Positions 21,114 through 32,093 of a stretch of DNA of 37,553 bases are shown here, piece after piece. The position numbers and the translations under genes were made by a program. The stretch comes from a virus. Below the pieces are notes generated by a model that was given only the letters and a program-made list of their open reading frames with translations, did not search any database and was not told where the DNA came from. The first letter of the stretch is position 1; each line of letters starts with the position of its first letter. Location: IMG/VR virus record IMGVR_UViG_3300022401_000010; one strand, given 5' to 3'.

Positions 21114-21395
21114 GTGGTAAATGTGGAATTATCGGACGAGATGCTGAAAGAGATTAGTTATGTTAAAATCTCAAGCTATCGGTTAAAGGTAATGAAATCA
21201 TTAGAGGAGGATGTTAAGATGCCTTCTCAGATTGCAAAAGATGCTGACATTAGACAAAATCATATTTCCAAAGTTCTATCTGAATTAAAAGCTCATGAAT
21301 TAGTAGAGTGTATTAATCCGGAAGTTAGAAAAGGTAGATTGTATAGACATACGGATAAAGGTGTGGATGTAGTTAAAAATCTCACTGATGAATAA
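21114..21395 (+). CDS. Winged-helix transcriptional regulator, paralogue of 508..789
   Basis: MPSQIA..ISKVLSELK, CINPEVRKGRLYRHTDKG. Confidence 0.8.
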   Translation: MVNVELSDEMLKEISYVKISSYRLKVMKSLEEDVKMPSQIAKDADIRQNHISKVLSELKAHELVECINPEVRKGRLYRHTDKGVDVVKNLTDE

Positions 21396-21420
21396 TTTCT
21401 TTTTTTAATGAGGAGGTATA

Positions 21421-22374
21421 ATGCCATTCTGTCCAAATTGTGGAAGTTATGTTTCTCCAGGAACTAACATTTGTAGTTGTGGGACTACTTTTGGTTATAA
21501 CTCAGAACCTGAAAAAGAAAAAGAACCAACAGAATTTGAGAAACAACAAAAAGAAAAAAGAAAACTTTGTAATGGTTATTACCAAGAAGCAAAGAAATTA
21601 ATGGATGACGGAAAGTATTTAGAATCTATTGAATATATTGACAAAGCACTTGAAACATCTAAATCTAGTTTTTATATTATGGCTAAAGCAAAGGCATATT
21701 ACTATGCTGGAATGTATGAGGAAGCACTACCTCTTTTCAAGCAGTCAATAGCACCTTATCAAGGAATTGATAATTATATTATATTTGAATGGATAGGCGA
21801 TACATTAAATGAATTAAATAGATTCGAGGAAGCTATTAAATCGTATAAAGAAGCTATTAATATTATTAATAAAGATTATGCTTGGACAATAAATTTTCAT
21901 AAAGAACAAAGATGGGATCCTCCTTCAGATGCATATTTAAATTCATTATTAACTAAGAAAAACGAAAGGATTTCTAACCTGAAAGATAGAATTGATTATT
22001 CAATTAAATTAAAGAATGAAATAATTAATAAAAAATCAACCATATCTGATGAAAGCGATTATGAAGAAAAAGAAGAACTTTTAATCGCTATCGGTAAAAA
22101 GAACTTAATCACCATTACTGGAACTCGTTTTCACGGCAATCACAAATTTAAAAAAGGAATGGAATTATTATTAAAAAAAGAAAAAGATAATGAATTTGAT
22201 AGTGATGCTATTGCAGTTTATTTAAATAACGTTAAAGTAGGGTATGTTGCAAATAATGAGCATACTACATGTTATTTAACTTCAAATGCTAGCGACATCC
22301 ATCAAGATATTACTCATGCTAAATACTTACTATATTTTGCCTATAACTATCATATTGCTGAGATAATAAGATAA
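21421..22374 (+). CDS. Zinc-ribbon + TPR + HIRAN domain protein
   Basis: CPNCG..CSCG; TPR-like helices; ITGTRF..EKDNEFDSDAIAVY..VGYV (HIRAN). Confidence 0.75.
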   Translation: MPFCPNCGSYVSPGTNICSCGTTFGYNSEPEKEKEPTEFEKQQKEKRKLCNGYYQEAKKLMDDGKYLESIEYIDKALETSKSSFYIMAKAKAYYYAGMYEEALPLFKQSIAPYQGIDNYIIFEWIGDTLNELNRFEEAIKSYKEAINIINKDYAWTINFHKEQRWDPPSDAYLNSLLTKKNERISNLKDRIDYSIKLKNEIINKKSTISDESDYEEKEELLIAIGKKNLITITGTRFHGNHKFKKGMELLLKKEKDNEFDSDAIAVYLNNVKVGYVANNEHTTCYLTSNASDIHQDITHAKYLLYFAYNYHIAEIIR

Positions 22375-22398
22375 TGAATTAGTTTTAAGAATAATAAC

Positions 22399-25083
22399 TT
22401 AATCCTTATTAATCATGAAATCTAATTCATGTTCAAACAATCTAATTAACTCATTGAAAGAATTAATTGGTTGTTTTTCATATTTCTCTTGTTCAACATA
22501 TAATGGGATATATGTAATCTGATTTTGTTGAGAGTTCACATCACTACACCATTCTTTCAATCGAGCAAGTTTTAATGGAACATCCAAATCAGCATTACCT
22601 TTTGTTTCAATTACATATATTTTAGTATCAGAGGTCTTAACTAAGAAATCAGGATAATATTTTGAAATTTTTCCATTTCTATCTTGATACTGAATATGAT
22701 ATTGAACTGCCAGATAATTTTTTGTATAAGAAACAATATCACTGCACCATTCTAATTTTTCAGCAAAACTTAATTCAAAACCACTATCTCCAATAATTTT
22801 ATTAAAAACAGACTTTTGAGGTACAACATATCCTTGTTCTTTAACAATAAATGGATTTGTATCAGCTACGGAATTCCAAGTCATTATTTTTGGTTCTGAA
22901 ACAATAGAGGTAGTGATATTGTTTACATAATATATGAATGTATCAAGAATTGTTTTAGAAACTTCTCTCCTGGAAACATTTTTGATAATATTAGGATCTT
23001 CTAAATCAACAGGCTCTTCAAATAAATAATTTGAAATAAAGTCTTTTAATTTACCATAAACTGTTGCATTACCTGAAACCAACTTTGTTTCTTTTAATAT
23101 AACTCCAGCGTAATATTTGAGCATTGATCTATAGTTGATAGTGTTGCCATCTTTTAATGTTAATGTTTCTCTTTTATCATCGTCAATAATGTGGACAAAA
23201 TTAATTTCTTTAAGTTTATCTTCACCGAAATTAATTATCTCAAACTTATTTACATTAAATTTGCTAACATCCATCTGTTTAAGTTTAATATAATCTTTAT
23301 AAAATGAAGGCTCCAATACTGGGATTAAAATATCTAATTCATCAATATCTTTATTTTCATTATCTAAATCAACCTCAATACGCATTGCATGTGCTGGCCC
23401 AGTAGGACCGATATGAGTTTTACCCAATTTAACCCCCTCACTTTTAATAGATTCAATAAATTCCATAAATGCCTCAGTTCCAATTATCATGAGTCTTTCT
23501 TCAGTATTTCGATACATTTTTCTTAAACCTCTTCCCAAAGTTTGTTCAGGAAGGATTTTTGATTTAGAAGTAAAAGATCTCAAACCAACAATTGTTGTCA
23601 CATTTTTAACATCCCATCCTTCTTTTAATACCAATACAGAAACAATAACTTTATATGGACTATCTAAACTATCAATTTCATTAGCTGCTTTTCTAAGTAT
23701 CTCTAATTCTTCTTTAGCTTTCTTACTTGTTCCATCTTTTAAATCGCCCTTTGCATTAGTATGAATAGTTAAAACTGAATCTTCAAATTCAGGATAGGTT
23801 CTTTCAAGATATTCTGCAACAGCATCACATTTTTTAGTATCTTCAACCATTATAAAAAGAACTGCTTTTTTACCTAAACCAATATGTTCATCATAAGCTT
23901 TTTTCCATTCATGATAACCCACATGAAGATACTCTGCATATCTTTCTTCAACTTTAACTGATTCAACTTCTTTCATATTTTCTCTACTTTCATCATCTGG
24001 AATGAAAGGTTGTTTTACAATATTTTGATGAATTGCTTCAACTAATGGATAATCAGAAACAGTTTGTGGAAAAATAAAACCTTTTGTATCTTTAGGGGTA
24101 GCGGTGAAATCAACTTGCATAGATAACTTATTTCCTTTTTGTTTAAGGTTATAATGGATATCTTCAATTGATTTAAACCACTGTAATTTACTATCATGGA
24201 TATGATGTGCCTCATCATTTAAAATCATTAACTCATCAATATCTCTTACAATATCTCCTAAATCAACATGGTCTTCTTTAACATCTTTTGCTTTCTTACC
24301 TAAGAAATAACCTGTTGTATCCTCATCTTCAAATGATGGTTCAGTATACTTACTATCATAAACTCTATGAATATTTGTTAAAAAGATATTTCCTGTTTTA
24401 TTTATTTGATTTACATTATCTTGAATATGAACATCTAATTGAAAATCAGTTTTCCAGTTCCTACTATGATACCCATCTTCAGGAACCATTGGGTCTAAAA
24501 AGAATGTTTTAAGACCTTCAAAATCAGAACGGATTCTATCCAGCACAATAATGTTTGGAGTAATAACTAAAAAATTTCTAGATAAATCTGAATTATTTTC
24601 ATAAGTTTTATGGAAAAACGACCAGACTAAAATTAAACTTAAAACTTTTGTTTTTCCACTACCAGTCGCCATCTTAACTACAAAACGAGCCCATGACTCA
24701 GGAAAATCTTCAGCTTTAATAATTCCTGAGCTATCATATTTCAATAAATCATGTTTATCTTCAACATTAGCTATTTCATGAAGATATATAATTGTTTCAA
24801 CAGATTCTCTTTGAGCAAAGTAATATTTAAATTCAAAAGGATCGTTATTTACATTTTCAATAAAATGTTCTTCTTCAAACCAGAAATGAAGTAAGGATTT
24901 AGTAGTTTCACTTGCACCTTCATAATCATTGTCTCTCCATTCTTTAACATCACGTCTAATTTTATCTACCAATGGAGGAATAAGATTGAAATTTTTTTCA
25001 ACAGTTTTTGCATCTGGAAACCATCTATTATCTGGATCTAAGACTTCATATGGAGAACTTGGAAAATCAATTGGAAGTGCCAT
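22399..25083 (-). CDS. res: Type III restriction-modification restriction subunit (SF2 helicase-like plus PD-(D/E)xK nuclease)
   Basis: MATGSGKT, DEAHH, TATP, LKEGWDV, QTLGRGLR, YPDF..IETKG. Confidence 0.9.
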   Translation of the reverse strand: MALPIDFPSSPYEVLDPDNRWFPDAKTVEKNFNLIPPLVDKIRRDVKEWRDNDYEGASETTKSLLHFWFEEEHFIENVNNDPFEFKYYFAQRESVETIIYLHEIANVEDKHDLLKYDSSGIIKAEDFPESWARFVVKMATGSGKTKVLSLILVWSFFHKTYENNSDLSRNFLVITPNIIVLDRIRSDFEGLKTFFLDPMVPEDGYHSRNWKTDFQLDVHIQDNVNQINKTGNIFLTNIHRVYDSKYTEPSFEDEDTTGYFLGKKAKDVKEDHVDLGDIVRDIDELMILNDEAHHIHDSKLQWFKSIEDIHYNLKQKGNKLSMQVDFTATPKDTKGFIFPQTVSDYPLVEAIHQNIVKQPFIPDDESRENMKEVESVKVEERYAEYLHVGYHEWKKAYDEHIGLGKKAVLFIMVEDTKKCDAVAEYLERTYPEFEDSVLTIHTNAKGDLKDGTSKKAKEELEILRKAANEIDSLDSPYKVIVSVLVLKEGWDVKNVTTIVGLRSFTSKSKILPEQTLGRGLRKMYRNTEERLMIIGTEAFMEFIESIKSEGVKLGKTHIGPTGPAHAMRIEVDLDNENKDIDELDILIPVLEPSFYKDYIKLKQMDVSKFNVNKFEIINFGEDKLKEINFVHIIDDDKRETLTLKDGNTINYRSMLKYYAGVILKETKLVSGNATVYGKLKDFISNYLFEEPVDLEDPNIIKNVSRREVSKTILDTFIYYVNNITTSIVSEPKIMTWNSVADTNPFIVKEQGYVVPQKSVFNKIIGDSGFELSFAEKLEWCSDIVSYTKNYLAVQYHIQYQDRNGKISKYYPDFLVKTSDTKIYVIETKGNADLDVPLKLARLKEWCSDVNSQQNQITYIPLYVEQEKYEKQPINSFNELIRLFEHELDFMINKD

Positions 25084-27305
25084 TATTTCCCTCCATTATT
25101 AACTTCAATTATTTTCATAGTATCATTACCAAATATATCAACAACTTTTATAGCTATTTTTGTTTTACCTTTTTGTATAGGGTAAGGAGGAGATTTTAAT
25201 AATAATGTCCTATCACTTTTTGTTCTGAAACTTTGCCATTCATTTTCAAAAATATATTTTCCAGTCCATTCTTCCTCATCATTAATTCTAATAATTTCTT
25301 TTTTACTTTCATAATCAAAATCAATAGACCAATAATCTATCCAATCTGTCCAATGATTTGTAATGGTCTCACGCCTAGGTTCTTCTTGTCCTTTTACTTT
25401 CTTTTCTTTAACTAAATTACCATTAACTATCTTTAAAACACCTCTAGCTGTAGGTTTTTTATTTTCATCTTGATTATAGAAAACAGCGAAATCTGTTAAT
25501 TCAATAGAAATATTATTATTTTCTAATTCATATTCTACATCAATATATGAGACGTCATAGAATTTCACTTGGTCTTTTTCAATAGCTCTCTTATCAAAAA
25601 CATCCTTAGGAATGTACTTTAAACTTAAATCAATAGATTTATCTTTTGCATAATCTTGAACATCTGGGAATAACCCCATTTCAAATTCAAAACCTAAGAT
25701 ATCAACTTTTGTTAATTTCTTTTCAATACATTCATTAATAACCTCTTCAACAAACAATCTTGAAACAGGCATATCAATAGGGCCAATAGAAACAAATCTA
25801 CCTAATTTATTACCTTTAAGAGTATTAAATCCTTTAATAGGTTCTGCCTTATATGCAGATAAGATTAGGGAAGTAAATTGTTTTTCTTTTTGAGCTAATA
25901 TTTTTTCTTGATTTTCGTCAAGTGCTTCAGAATTAATATCCATATAATATTGTCTTTCATACTTTCCAAGATTCAAAATTTCAAATGATCTATAATCTTT
26001 TCCAGAATCTTTTAATTCTCTTTGAATCTTAATCATTCTTTTTCGTGTAGTATGTATTGAAAATTTACCTAAATCTGAACCAATCCATTTTCTACCAAGT
26101 TTTTCTGCAACAGCTAATGTTGTTCCAGAACCACAGAAAAAGTCAGCAATTATATCATTTTCATTTGAAGCCATCTTTATAATCCTTTCAACTAATGTTT
26201 CTGGCTTTTGGGTAGGATATCCAACTTTTTCGTTACCTGAAACTACAGAAATATCATCCCAAACATCATTAATTAATTGTCCTTCAGATTCATCAAGATA
26301 TTGTTTTCTATATGGCCTTCCAGTTGAAGACCATTCCAATTTACCTTCTTCATCTAATTTAATTAGTTTATCTTTTGTCATTAACCATCTGGTTTCAGGA
26401 ATATATCCTTTATATTCATATTTTGGAGAATTACCTCCTAATGCAGGATTTGCAACGACATCGTGTCTTCTATATAAACGACCATCTGCATCTTCTTTAA
26501 ATTGTTTTTTAATATATTCTTCATCATATTCCTTATATACAGGATTGAAAATCACATTTTTACTTTTAGTATAATATAAAATAGTATCATGTGAATTTGA
26601 GATTCTTGTTTTTCCTGAAGAGCTTGTTTTTCTTTTCCAAATAAATTCGTTAGAAAAGAATTCTTTCCCGAATATTTCATCCAAAACTAACCTTAAATAT
26701 GCATTAACTCTCCAGTCGCAATGAATAAAAATAGAACCATCATCTGCTAATAAATCTCTCATTAAAGAAATTCTCTCATAAATCATTGCAATAAAACTAT
26801 CAGAACCATTTCCCCATGTATCTCTATAAGCAATTTCTTCTAAAACATTTTGTTTTTTAGTTATTGATTCATCGCCAATTTCAATATCCATTGAAAAGTC
26901 TGCACCAACATCAAAGGGAGGATCAATATAAATAAGTTTTAATCCACCTTGAGATTCAATCTCTTGTCTTAATGGACCATTTTTAAGACTACTTAAAATT
27001 AATTTATTGTCTCCCCAGATTAATTTATTAGACCATCCTTGAATCTGTCTGCCTCTTTGGTCAACATCAAAGTTAAACAAATCGGATTGTTTAAAAGATG
27101 TTGTTCCTGTCTTTCTAGGTTCATCAATACATTCTATTGTTTGAAAAGGTAAAACAACGTTTGACTTTTCATTAGTTTTTCCATCCCAAATTAATTCAAC
27201 TTTCCTATTACTATCAAAAAGTTTGAATCTATATTCATCAGGTAAAGACTCATCATCCTCAATCATTTGGATAATTTCTCTTTTTTGATTATCTGTTAAC
27301 TTCAT
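25083..27305 (-). CDS. mod: Type III restriction-modification methyltransferase subunit
   Basis: LIYIDPPF (motif IV) before DFFCGSGTT (motif I), beta-class order; TAATG overlap with res. Confidence 0.9.
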   Translation of the reverse strand: MKLTDNQKREIIQMIEDDESLPDEYRFKLFDSNRKVELIWDGKTNEKSNVVLPFQTIECIDEPRKTGTTSFKQSDLFNFDVDQRGRQIQGWSNKLIWGDNKLILSSLKNGPLRQEIESQGGLKLIYIDPPFDVGADFSMDIEIGDESITKKQNVLEEIAYRDTWGNGSDSFIAMIYERISLMRDLLADDGSIFIHCDWRVNAYLRLVLDEIFGKEFFSNEFIWKRKTSSSGKTRISNSHDTILYYTKSKNVIFNPVYKEYDEEYIKKQFKEDADGRLYRRHDVVANPALGGNSPKYEYKGYIPETRWLMTKDKLIKLDEEGKLEWSSTGRPYRKQYLDESEGQLINDVWDDISVVSGNEKVGYPTQKPETLVERIIKMASNENDIIADFFCGSGTTLAVAEKLGRKWIGSDLGKFSIHTTRKRMIKIQRELKDSGKDYRSFEILNLGKYERQYYMDINSEALDENQEKILAQKEKQFTSLILSAYKAEPIKGFNTLKGNKLGRFVSIGPIDMPVSRLFVEEVINECIEKKLTKVDILGFEFEMGLFPDVQDYAKDKSIDLSLKYIPKDVFDKRAIEKDQVKFYDVSYIDVEYELENNNISIELTDFAVFYNQDENKKPTARGVLKIVNGNLVKEKKVKGQEEPRRETITNHWTDWIDYWSIDFDYESKKEIIRINDEEEWTGKYIFENEWQSFRTKSDRTLLLKSPPYPIQKGKTKIAIKVVDIFGNDTMKIIEVNNGGK

Positions 27306-27403
27306 AAAAAATCCCTAAACACATTAATTGTTATTAATTTATGTCCATTATAAATAAAATGTTTTATTATAATTCATTTATATATAATACAAGAAACTAA
27401 TAT

Positions 27404-27448
27404 TATATTGAAGACAAAAATATCACTCCATATATTGTTTTCAATATA
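27404..27448. promoter_or_regulatory. Inverted repeat in the divergent mod / capsid-operon intergenic region
   Basis: TATATTGAAGACAA ... TTGTTTTCAATATA, 14 bp with one mismatch. Confidence 0.35.
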
Positions 27449-27674
27449 GAAATAAGTCACCTGAAACTTCACAATAATCCTTAACAACTATTTTTGGCTT
27501 ATTTCTATTCTATCCTTTAATAAAGAACTATTTCATATTTTTATCCTTATTCTGAAATCATTAATGTTAATGTTAATGTCCACATCTCTTTTAAAAAAGT
27601 AGCTATTATATAGAGATATTTATATAACATAAATAATAAATTACATAATAAAGAATTTAAGTGGAGGACATCTA

Positions 27675-28157
27675 ATGGCAGATTCAATTATTTTACTTGA
27701 AGAAAGAAAGGAAGTCACCACATTCCTTTTAGATGAAGGTGACATTACTGAAACTACTGTTACAACTCCAACTGGAGAAACACCAGGATATGAGTATTCT
27801 GGAGAAAAAATCAAAGTTGATGATGCTGTAACATTATCAGAAAATTCCAATATCGGAAAACCAACTGTTAAAAAATACACCGATGAGGATTCACAAATCA
27901 TCTTAGGCATTGCAGTTAATGATCCAGTTACTATGACTGGAGGTAGAAGAAAAACTTCTATATTAGTGTTAGGCCATTTATTCAGATTAAAATTAGCTAG
28001 TGGTTTATCAAACATTGCCGTTAATGATAGAATTGCATTAACATCTACTGGAGCTATTAAATCTGATGATGGTGAATATATTGCAATGCATCCTGTTGAA
28101 AGCTCAGACTCATACAATTACATTGAAGTATTCAGACCTTACGATATAACCGAATAG
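27675..28157 (+). CDS. Putative capsid decoration (cement) protein
   Basis: 160 aa beta-rich gene directly upstream of the MCP genes; GGAGG RBS; TATA-like TTTATATA upstream. Confidence 0.65.
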   Translation: MADSIILLEERKEVTTFLLDEGDITETTVTTPTGETPGYEYSGEKIKVDDAVTLSENSNIGKPTVKKYTDEDSQIILGIAVNDPVTMTGGRRKTSILVLGHLFRLKLASGLSNIAVNDRIALTSTGAIKSDDGEYIAMHPVESSDSYNYIEVFRPYDITE

Positions 28158-28170
28158 ATGGTGATAATGA

Positions 28171-29109
28171 ATGATAACAAAAGGAAATGATACTAAAGTT
28201 CAAAACGAGGTAATAGCTCAAACTATTACTGATGAAACCGCAAAAAGATTAAAGTTAGCAAGATTATTTCCTAAACAAGAGATTAAAGAAAACTCTGATT
28301 ACTATACTTACTTTAGACAAAACATTAATCTTGATGAGGCAATTAACAAAGGTCTTTTAGGTGAGGCAAAGGACATTGCTCCTGGTGCATCCTTACAAGA
28401 ACTTAACATTAGAAAACCAATCACTGACACTATTTCAATAGATACTGTTGGTGGTGTCTTAAACGTTAACAAAGATGTTTTCGATTCAGATATTGTTTCA
28501 TTCGAGGATTTATTAGGTGATGTAGCTACTGTAATTGCTAATCGTATTGAATTTAATATATATGATACCTTAATGAATTCAAATCAAGTTCCTCAATATA
28601 ACACAACTCAAACTGAAGACACAATGGAAGCATTCGGCCAATTCGTTATTGCAGCTCAGGAAGCATTCAAAGGTAATGCTGGAGCCGGAGCAGACTTAAC
28701 AATAATGGCTGAATCATATAAGACATTATCATATGTTAAGCAATTAGCGTACATGAATAACAAACTTGTGCAACCTGTTGAAGATATCCAAAGCTATTAT
28801 GGTATTGACAACATTGATTTCTTAGGAACAACCCAAGCTGACGGTGGATCACTTGTAGGTGATAAAGAATATATTGGTTTCGATTTAAGAAACGCTCCCC
28901 TAACTGTATTATACTCCAAATCATCCGGTACAACTACCGCACCTATAACAAGTGATGAAAACATCGCTGACTTCTATCCTATCATTGAAATCATGCGTAA
29001 GGACATATACGATGAGTTACCTCAATACACCAAATTATTTATACAAAGTAAAGTAGGAATATTATTAAATAAACCTGGTCTTGCTTTGAAAGGTACATGC
29101 AGACCTTAG
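28171..29109 (+). CDS. Major capsid protein 1 (HK97-fold inferred)
   Basis: IAPGASLQEL..TISIDTVGGVLNV..VIANRIEFNI resembles the HK97 E-loop/backbone helix pattern; size and position fit. Confidence 0.75.
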   Translation: MITKGNDTKVQNEVIAQTITDETAKRLKLARLFPKQEIKENSDYYTYFRQNINLDEAINKGLLGEAKDIAPGASLQELNIRKPITDTISIDTVGGVLNVNKDVFDSDIVSFEDLLGDVATVIANRIEFNIYDTLMNSNQVPQYNTTQTEDTMEAFGQFVIAAQEAFKGNAGAGADLTIMAESYKTLSYVKQLAYMNNKLVQPVEDIQSYYGIDNIDFLGTTQADGGSLVGDKEYIGFDLRNAPLTVLYSKSSGTTTAPITSDENIADFYPIIEIMRKDIYDELPQYTKLFIQSKVGILLNKPGLALKGTCRP

Positions 29110-29121
29110 GAGGATATATTA

Positions 29122-30048
29122 ATGTTAACTAAAGGAAATGATGCTAAAGTACAAAATGAAGTAATGGCACAGATTGTTGCAGACACTTCTGCAAAGTGGA
29201 TGAAATTCACCAGATTACTACCAAAGCAAGAAATTGAAGAAAATAGCCAATATTACACTTACATGTCTCAGAGAGTTAATATTGAGGAAGCTATTCAAAA
29301 AGGTGTGCTTGGTGAGGCCAAAGACATTGCACCGGGCGCAACCCTTCAAGAATTAAACGTTAGAAAACCAATCAGTGAAACAATCTCCATTGACACTATT
29401 GGTGGTGTCTTAAACGTTTCAGCACAAATGTTAGATTCCAATTTAATCTCCGTTAATGATATGCTCCAAGACGTGGGCATATTAATCGGAAGAAGTATTG
29501 AAAAAGCAGCTATTGATATGATCACCAATTCAAACAAAGTTGCGAAATATGATTTTGAATCTGGTGACGATACTGGTATGACCATCCTTAAAGCTCAAGA
29601 GAAATTCAAAGAATCAGCAGGAAGCTTTACCAACTTAAATAGTATGGCTGTTAGCTATAAGTCTCTCACTACATTAAAGTCTGATTTATTCTCTTCTAAC
29701 AGACAAGTCGAACCAGTAGAACATATTCAAAGCTACTATGGTGTGGACAATATAGATATTCTTGGAACTGCTGTCTGTGATGGTGGTTCTGAAATGGGCG
29801 ATAAGACCTACATTGGTATGGACTACATAAATCCAGGAATGAAATTGTTATACTCAAGGACTACAGGAACAACCGTTGCACCTTTAGGTCCTGACGGTGA
29901 GATGTATGATTTCTATCCGTTAATTGAATTTATGAGGAAAGATATTCGTGACGAACTTCCAATGTACACAAAACTCTTTATCTTGTCTTCTGTCGGTGTT
30001 TTAATGAATGCACCTAACCGTATAATTACAGGTACATTCAGGGCATAA
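29122..30048 (+). CDS. Major capsid protein 2, tandem paralogue of MCP1
   Basis: Collinear full-length similarity to 28171 (GEAKDIAPGA, IQSYYG, DFYP.IE.MRKDI.DELP.YTKLFI); GGAGG RBS. Confidence 0.75.
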   Translation: MLTKGNDAKVQNEVMAQIVADTSAKWMKFTRLLPKQEIEENSQYYTYMSQRVNIEEAIQKGVLGEAKDIAPGATLQELNVRKPISETISIDTIGGVLNVSAQMLDSNLISVNDMLQDVGILIGRSIEKAAIDMITNSNKVAKYDFESGDDTGMTILKAQEKFKESAGSFTNLNSMAVSYKSLTTLKSDLFSSNRQVEPVEHIQSYYGVDNIDILGTAVCDGGSEMGDKTYIGMDYINPGMKLLYSRTTGTTVAPLGPDGEMYDFYPLIEFMRKDIRDELPMYTKLFILSSVGVLMNAPNRIITGTFRA

Positions 30049-30209
30049 GCGAATTTCATATAAACTCCTAAATATATATCGGACCCTTTCGTTTAGAGAG
30101 CGTGTAGGGATAAAAGAATATTAAAATCTCATTTGAAGATTATGTGAAGTTTTAATTGTTTTTCTTCACGTCCATCTTCTGCTAAGAGTTTATTGACTCC
30201 AAATCCTTA

Positions 30210-30246
30210 ATAGCTGGGTCGTTCCTTCTCCCAGCTATACTATTTT
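30210..30246 (+). terminator. Hairpin plus T-run after the capsid operon
   Basis: ATAGCTGGG...CCCAGCTAT then TTTTT. Confidence 0.5.
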
Positions 30247-30315
30247 TAAAAAAATATATATTTTAACTAATAGCTACATATATAATGTTAATAATAAAAT
30301 ATTGGAGTAATTACA

Positions 30316-30714
30316 ATGAAGCTAATATTAGATACTGAAAATTCACATCCAACAACAATAACAGTTAGAGGAAAAGAAATAACACTGCTTTTAATTGAAT
30401 CCAGTATTCTAATTGATTCATCACAAGTAGCTAAAATATTTGATAAGAAAGAAAAGACTGTAGCTACTAAAGTACAGAAAGCTAAACTTGAAAAATACGA
30501 AACAGAGAATGTTAAGCTATTAAAGAATTACGGCTTGATGAATCCAGATGCAATTAAGCCTAGACCATTTTATGATCTCAGGCAAATGTTGGAAGGACCA
30601 GCACAATATTACTTCAAACAAATTGATGATCTTGATCTTATCGATGTTATTGTCAGAGTTGCAATTGGCAAGCATCGTGAGTGGATCCATAACCGTGACA
30701 TCAACAAATATTAA
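30316..30714 (+). CDS. Hypothetical DNA-binding protein (ORF6N/Rha/antirepressor-like)
   Basis: ILIDSSQVAKIFDKKEKTV resembles antirepressor N-terminal motifs; GGAG RBS. Confidence 0.4.
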   Translation: MKLILDTENSHPTTITVRGKEITLLLIESSILIDSSQVAKIFDKKEKTVATKVQKAKLEKYETENVKLLKNYGLMNPDAIKPRPFYDLRQMLEGPAQYYFKQIDDLDLIDVIVRVAIGKHREWIHNRDINKY

Positions 30715-30717
30715 TTT

Positions 30718-30822
30718 ACATTAACGGCAGCCATTATCAATTGAAAACTTATTTTTGAAACCCTTTCATATATATCACGGTTTAAATCCAGAATTGAATT
30801 TCAAAAACCCTTCCGTTAATGT
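30718..30822 (+). repeat. ~105-bp element with 10-bp terminal inverted repeats (MITE/REP-like)
   Basis: ACATTAACGG ... CCGTTAATGT; 22-bp core TGAAACCCTTTCATATATATCA identical to 35777-35798. Confidence 0.7.
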
Positions 30823-30972
30823 TAATGTTGAATCGATTATATTAACAGCTATTGTTTATCTACTAAAATTATCATATTGAAAACCTCAGATTTTAATTCT
30901 AGTAAGACATATATTTTTCCAGTAATGAAATTGCAATCGTTAATGTTGATGTGTAAAAACTACAATAAATAA

Positions 30973-31914
30973 TCAAGATGAACTATTTTTCTTTAAATAC
31001 TTTGATAATATTGATTTAGAAATTTTACACTCTTCAGAAATTTCATCTAGTGTTAAACCGAGTTTTAAATTTTTTTTAATATAAGTTACACCACCAAAAT
31101 TCTTCAATCCTAATTCAACAGTCCATTTTGAAATTTGATTATTTAGTTTTTGGGGATTAATTCCTTTATAATTCAAATAGTCATTAAAGAATTTACGTTT
31201 AATATTTAAATTCTCACATATCTCTTTAATAGACTTACCATTGACTAATTCATCAATTATAAATAAAACTCCTCCTTTTTCATCAATGATTGTATAATCA
31301 TCTTTGAAACCTCTAGCTTGTTTGACAAGTTCATGCCATGTGGAAATTCCTTGTTCATTCAAATATTCTTTGATATAACTTTGAGGAACTTTCAAATCTA
31401 ATGCTGCTTGTTTTTGTGTTTTATTTTCCTTTGCAAGTTCATATAATTTTGTAAATCCCCCATTATTGTTGATATGTCTCATTTTAAAATAATGTGCTTC
31501 AACTCTGTCTAATTCCCTAGCTAGATTTATTTGTTCCTGAATATCTGCTCTTACTTTAGAAGAGTTTCCACCATATTTGAGATTATAACCTTTTTCAGGA
31601 TTTGTTGAATCAAAATAATCAATCCAGTATTCTTCAGCTTCATCAAGATTTTCTTTGGATGTTTTCTCAATTATTCTGAATTCAAATGCTTCCTCACCAT
31701 ATTTATTAAAAGCATTTTGCAAATAGGGATTATTGTGTATATTGTTTTTTAATTCGAATTTATGATTTCTCCATCTCTTTTTGATGTCAGATGATTGGCC
31801 AATGTATCCTTTATTATTTTTCAGATTGGTGATTTTGTATATTCCACAGTTTGAATTTTCAACTTCAGATTCTAAATCTTCAAATATATCGAGTTTACGA
31901 TATTTACTCAACAT
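30973..31914 (-). CDS. GIY-YIG endonuclease with C-terminal HTH-like repeats
   Basis: CGIYKITN..GYIGQS..KKRWRNH, EEYWI, GYN motifs. Confidence 0.9.
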   Translation of the reverse strand: MLSKYRKLDIFEDLESEVENSNCGIYKITNLKNNKGYIGQSSDIKKRWRNHKFELKNNIHNNPYLQNAFNKYGEEAFEFRIIEKTSKENLDEAEEYWIDYFDSTNPEKGYNLKYGGNSSKVRADIQEQINLARELDRVEAHYFKMRHINNNGGFTKLYELAKENKTQKQAALDLKVPQSYIKEYLNEQGISTWHELVKQARGFKDDYTIIDEKGGVLFIIDELVNGKSIKEICENLNIKRKFFNDYLNYKGINPQKLNNQISKWTVELGLKNFGGVTYIKKNLKLGLTLDEISEECKISKSILSKYLKKNSSS

Positions 31915-32093
31915 AATTACACCTCTTTTAATTATTAAAGAAAATGCTATCTCTATTTAACATATCCTAAGATACATGGAATTTTAGTATCTCGGGATAG
32001 TTTTATATACAATCAATAATATATTATATGTAAGTAAATATAAATGTAACTACATTATAATGTAATAACATAATTTAATTAAAGGTGCATAAC

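Noticed and set aside
28171-30048. Encapsulin nanocompartment
   Set aside because: Terminase, portal and protease are present, which encapsulin loci lack.
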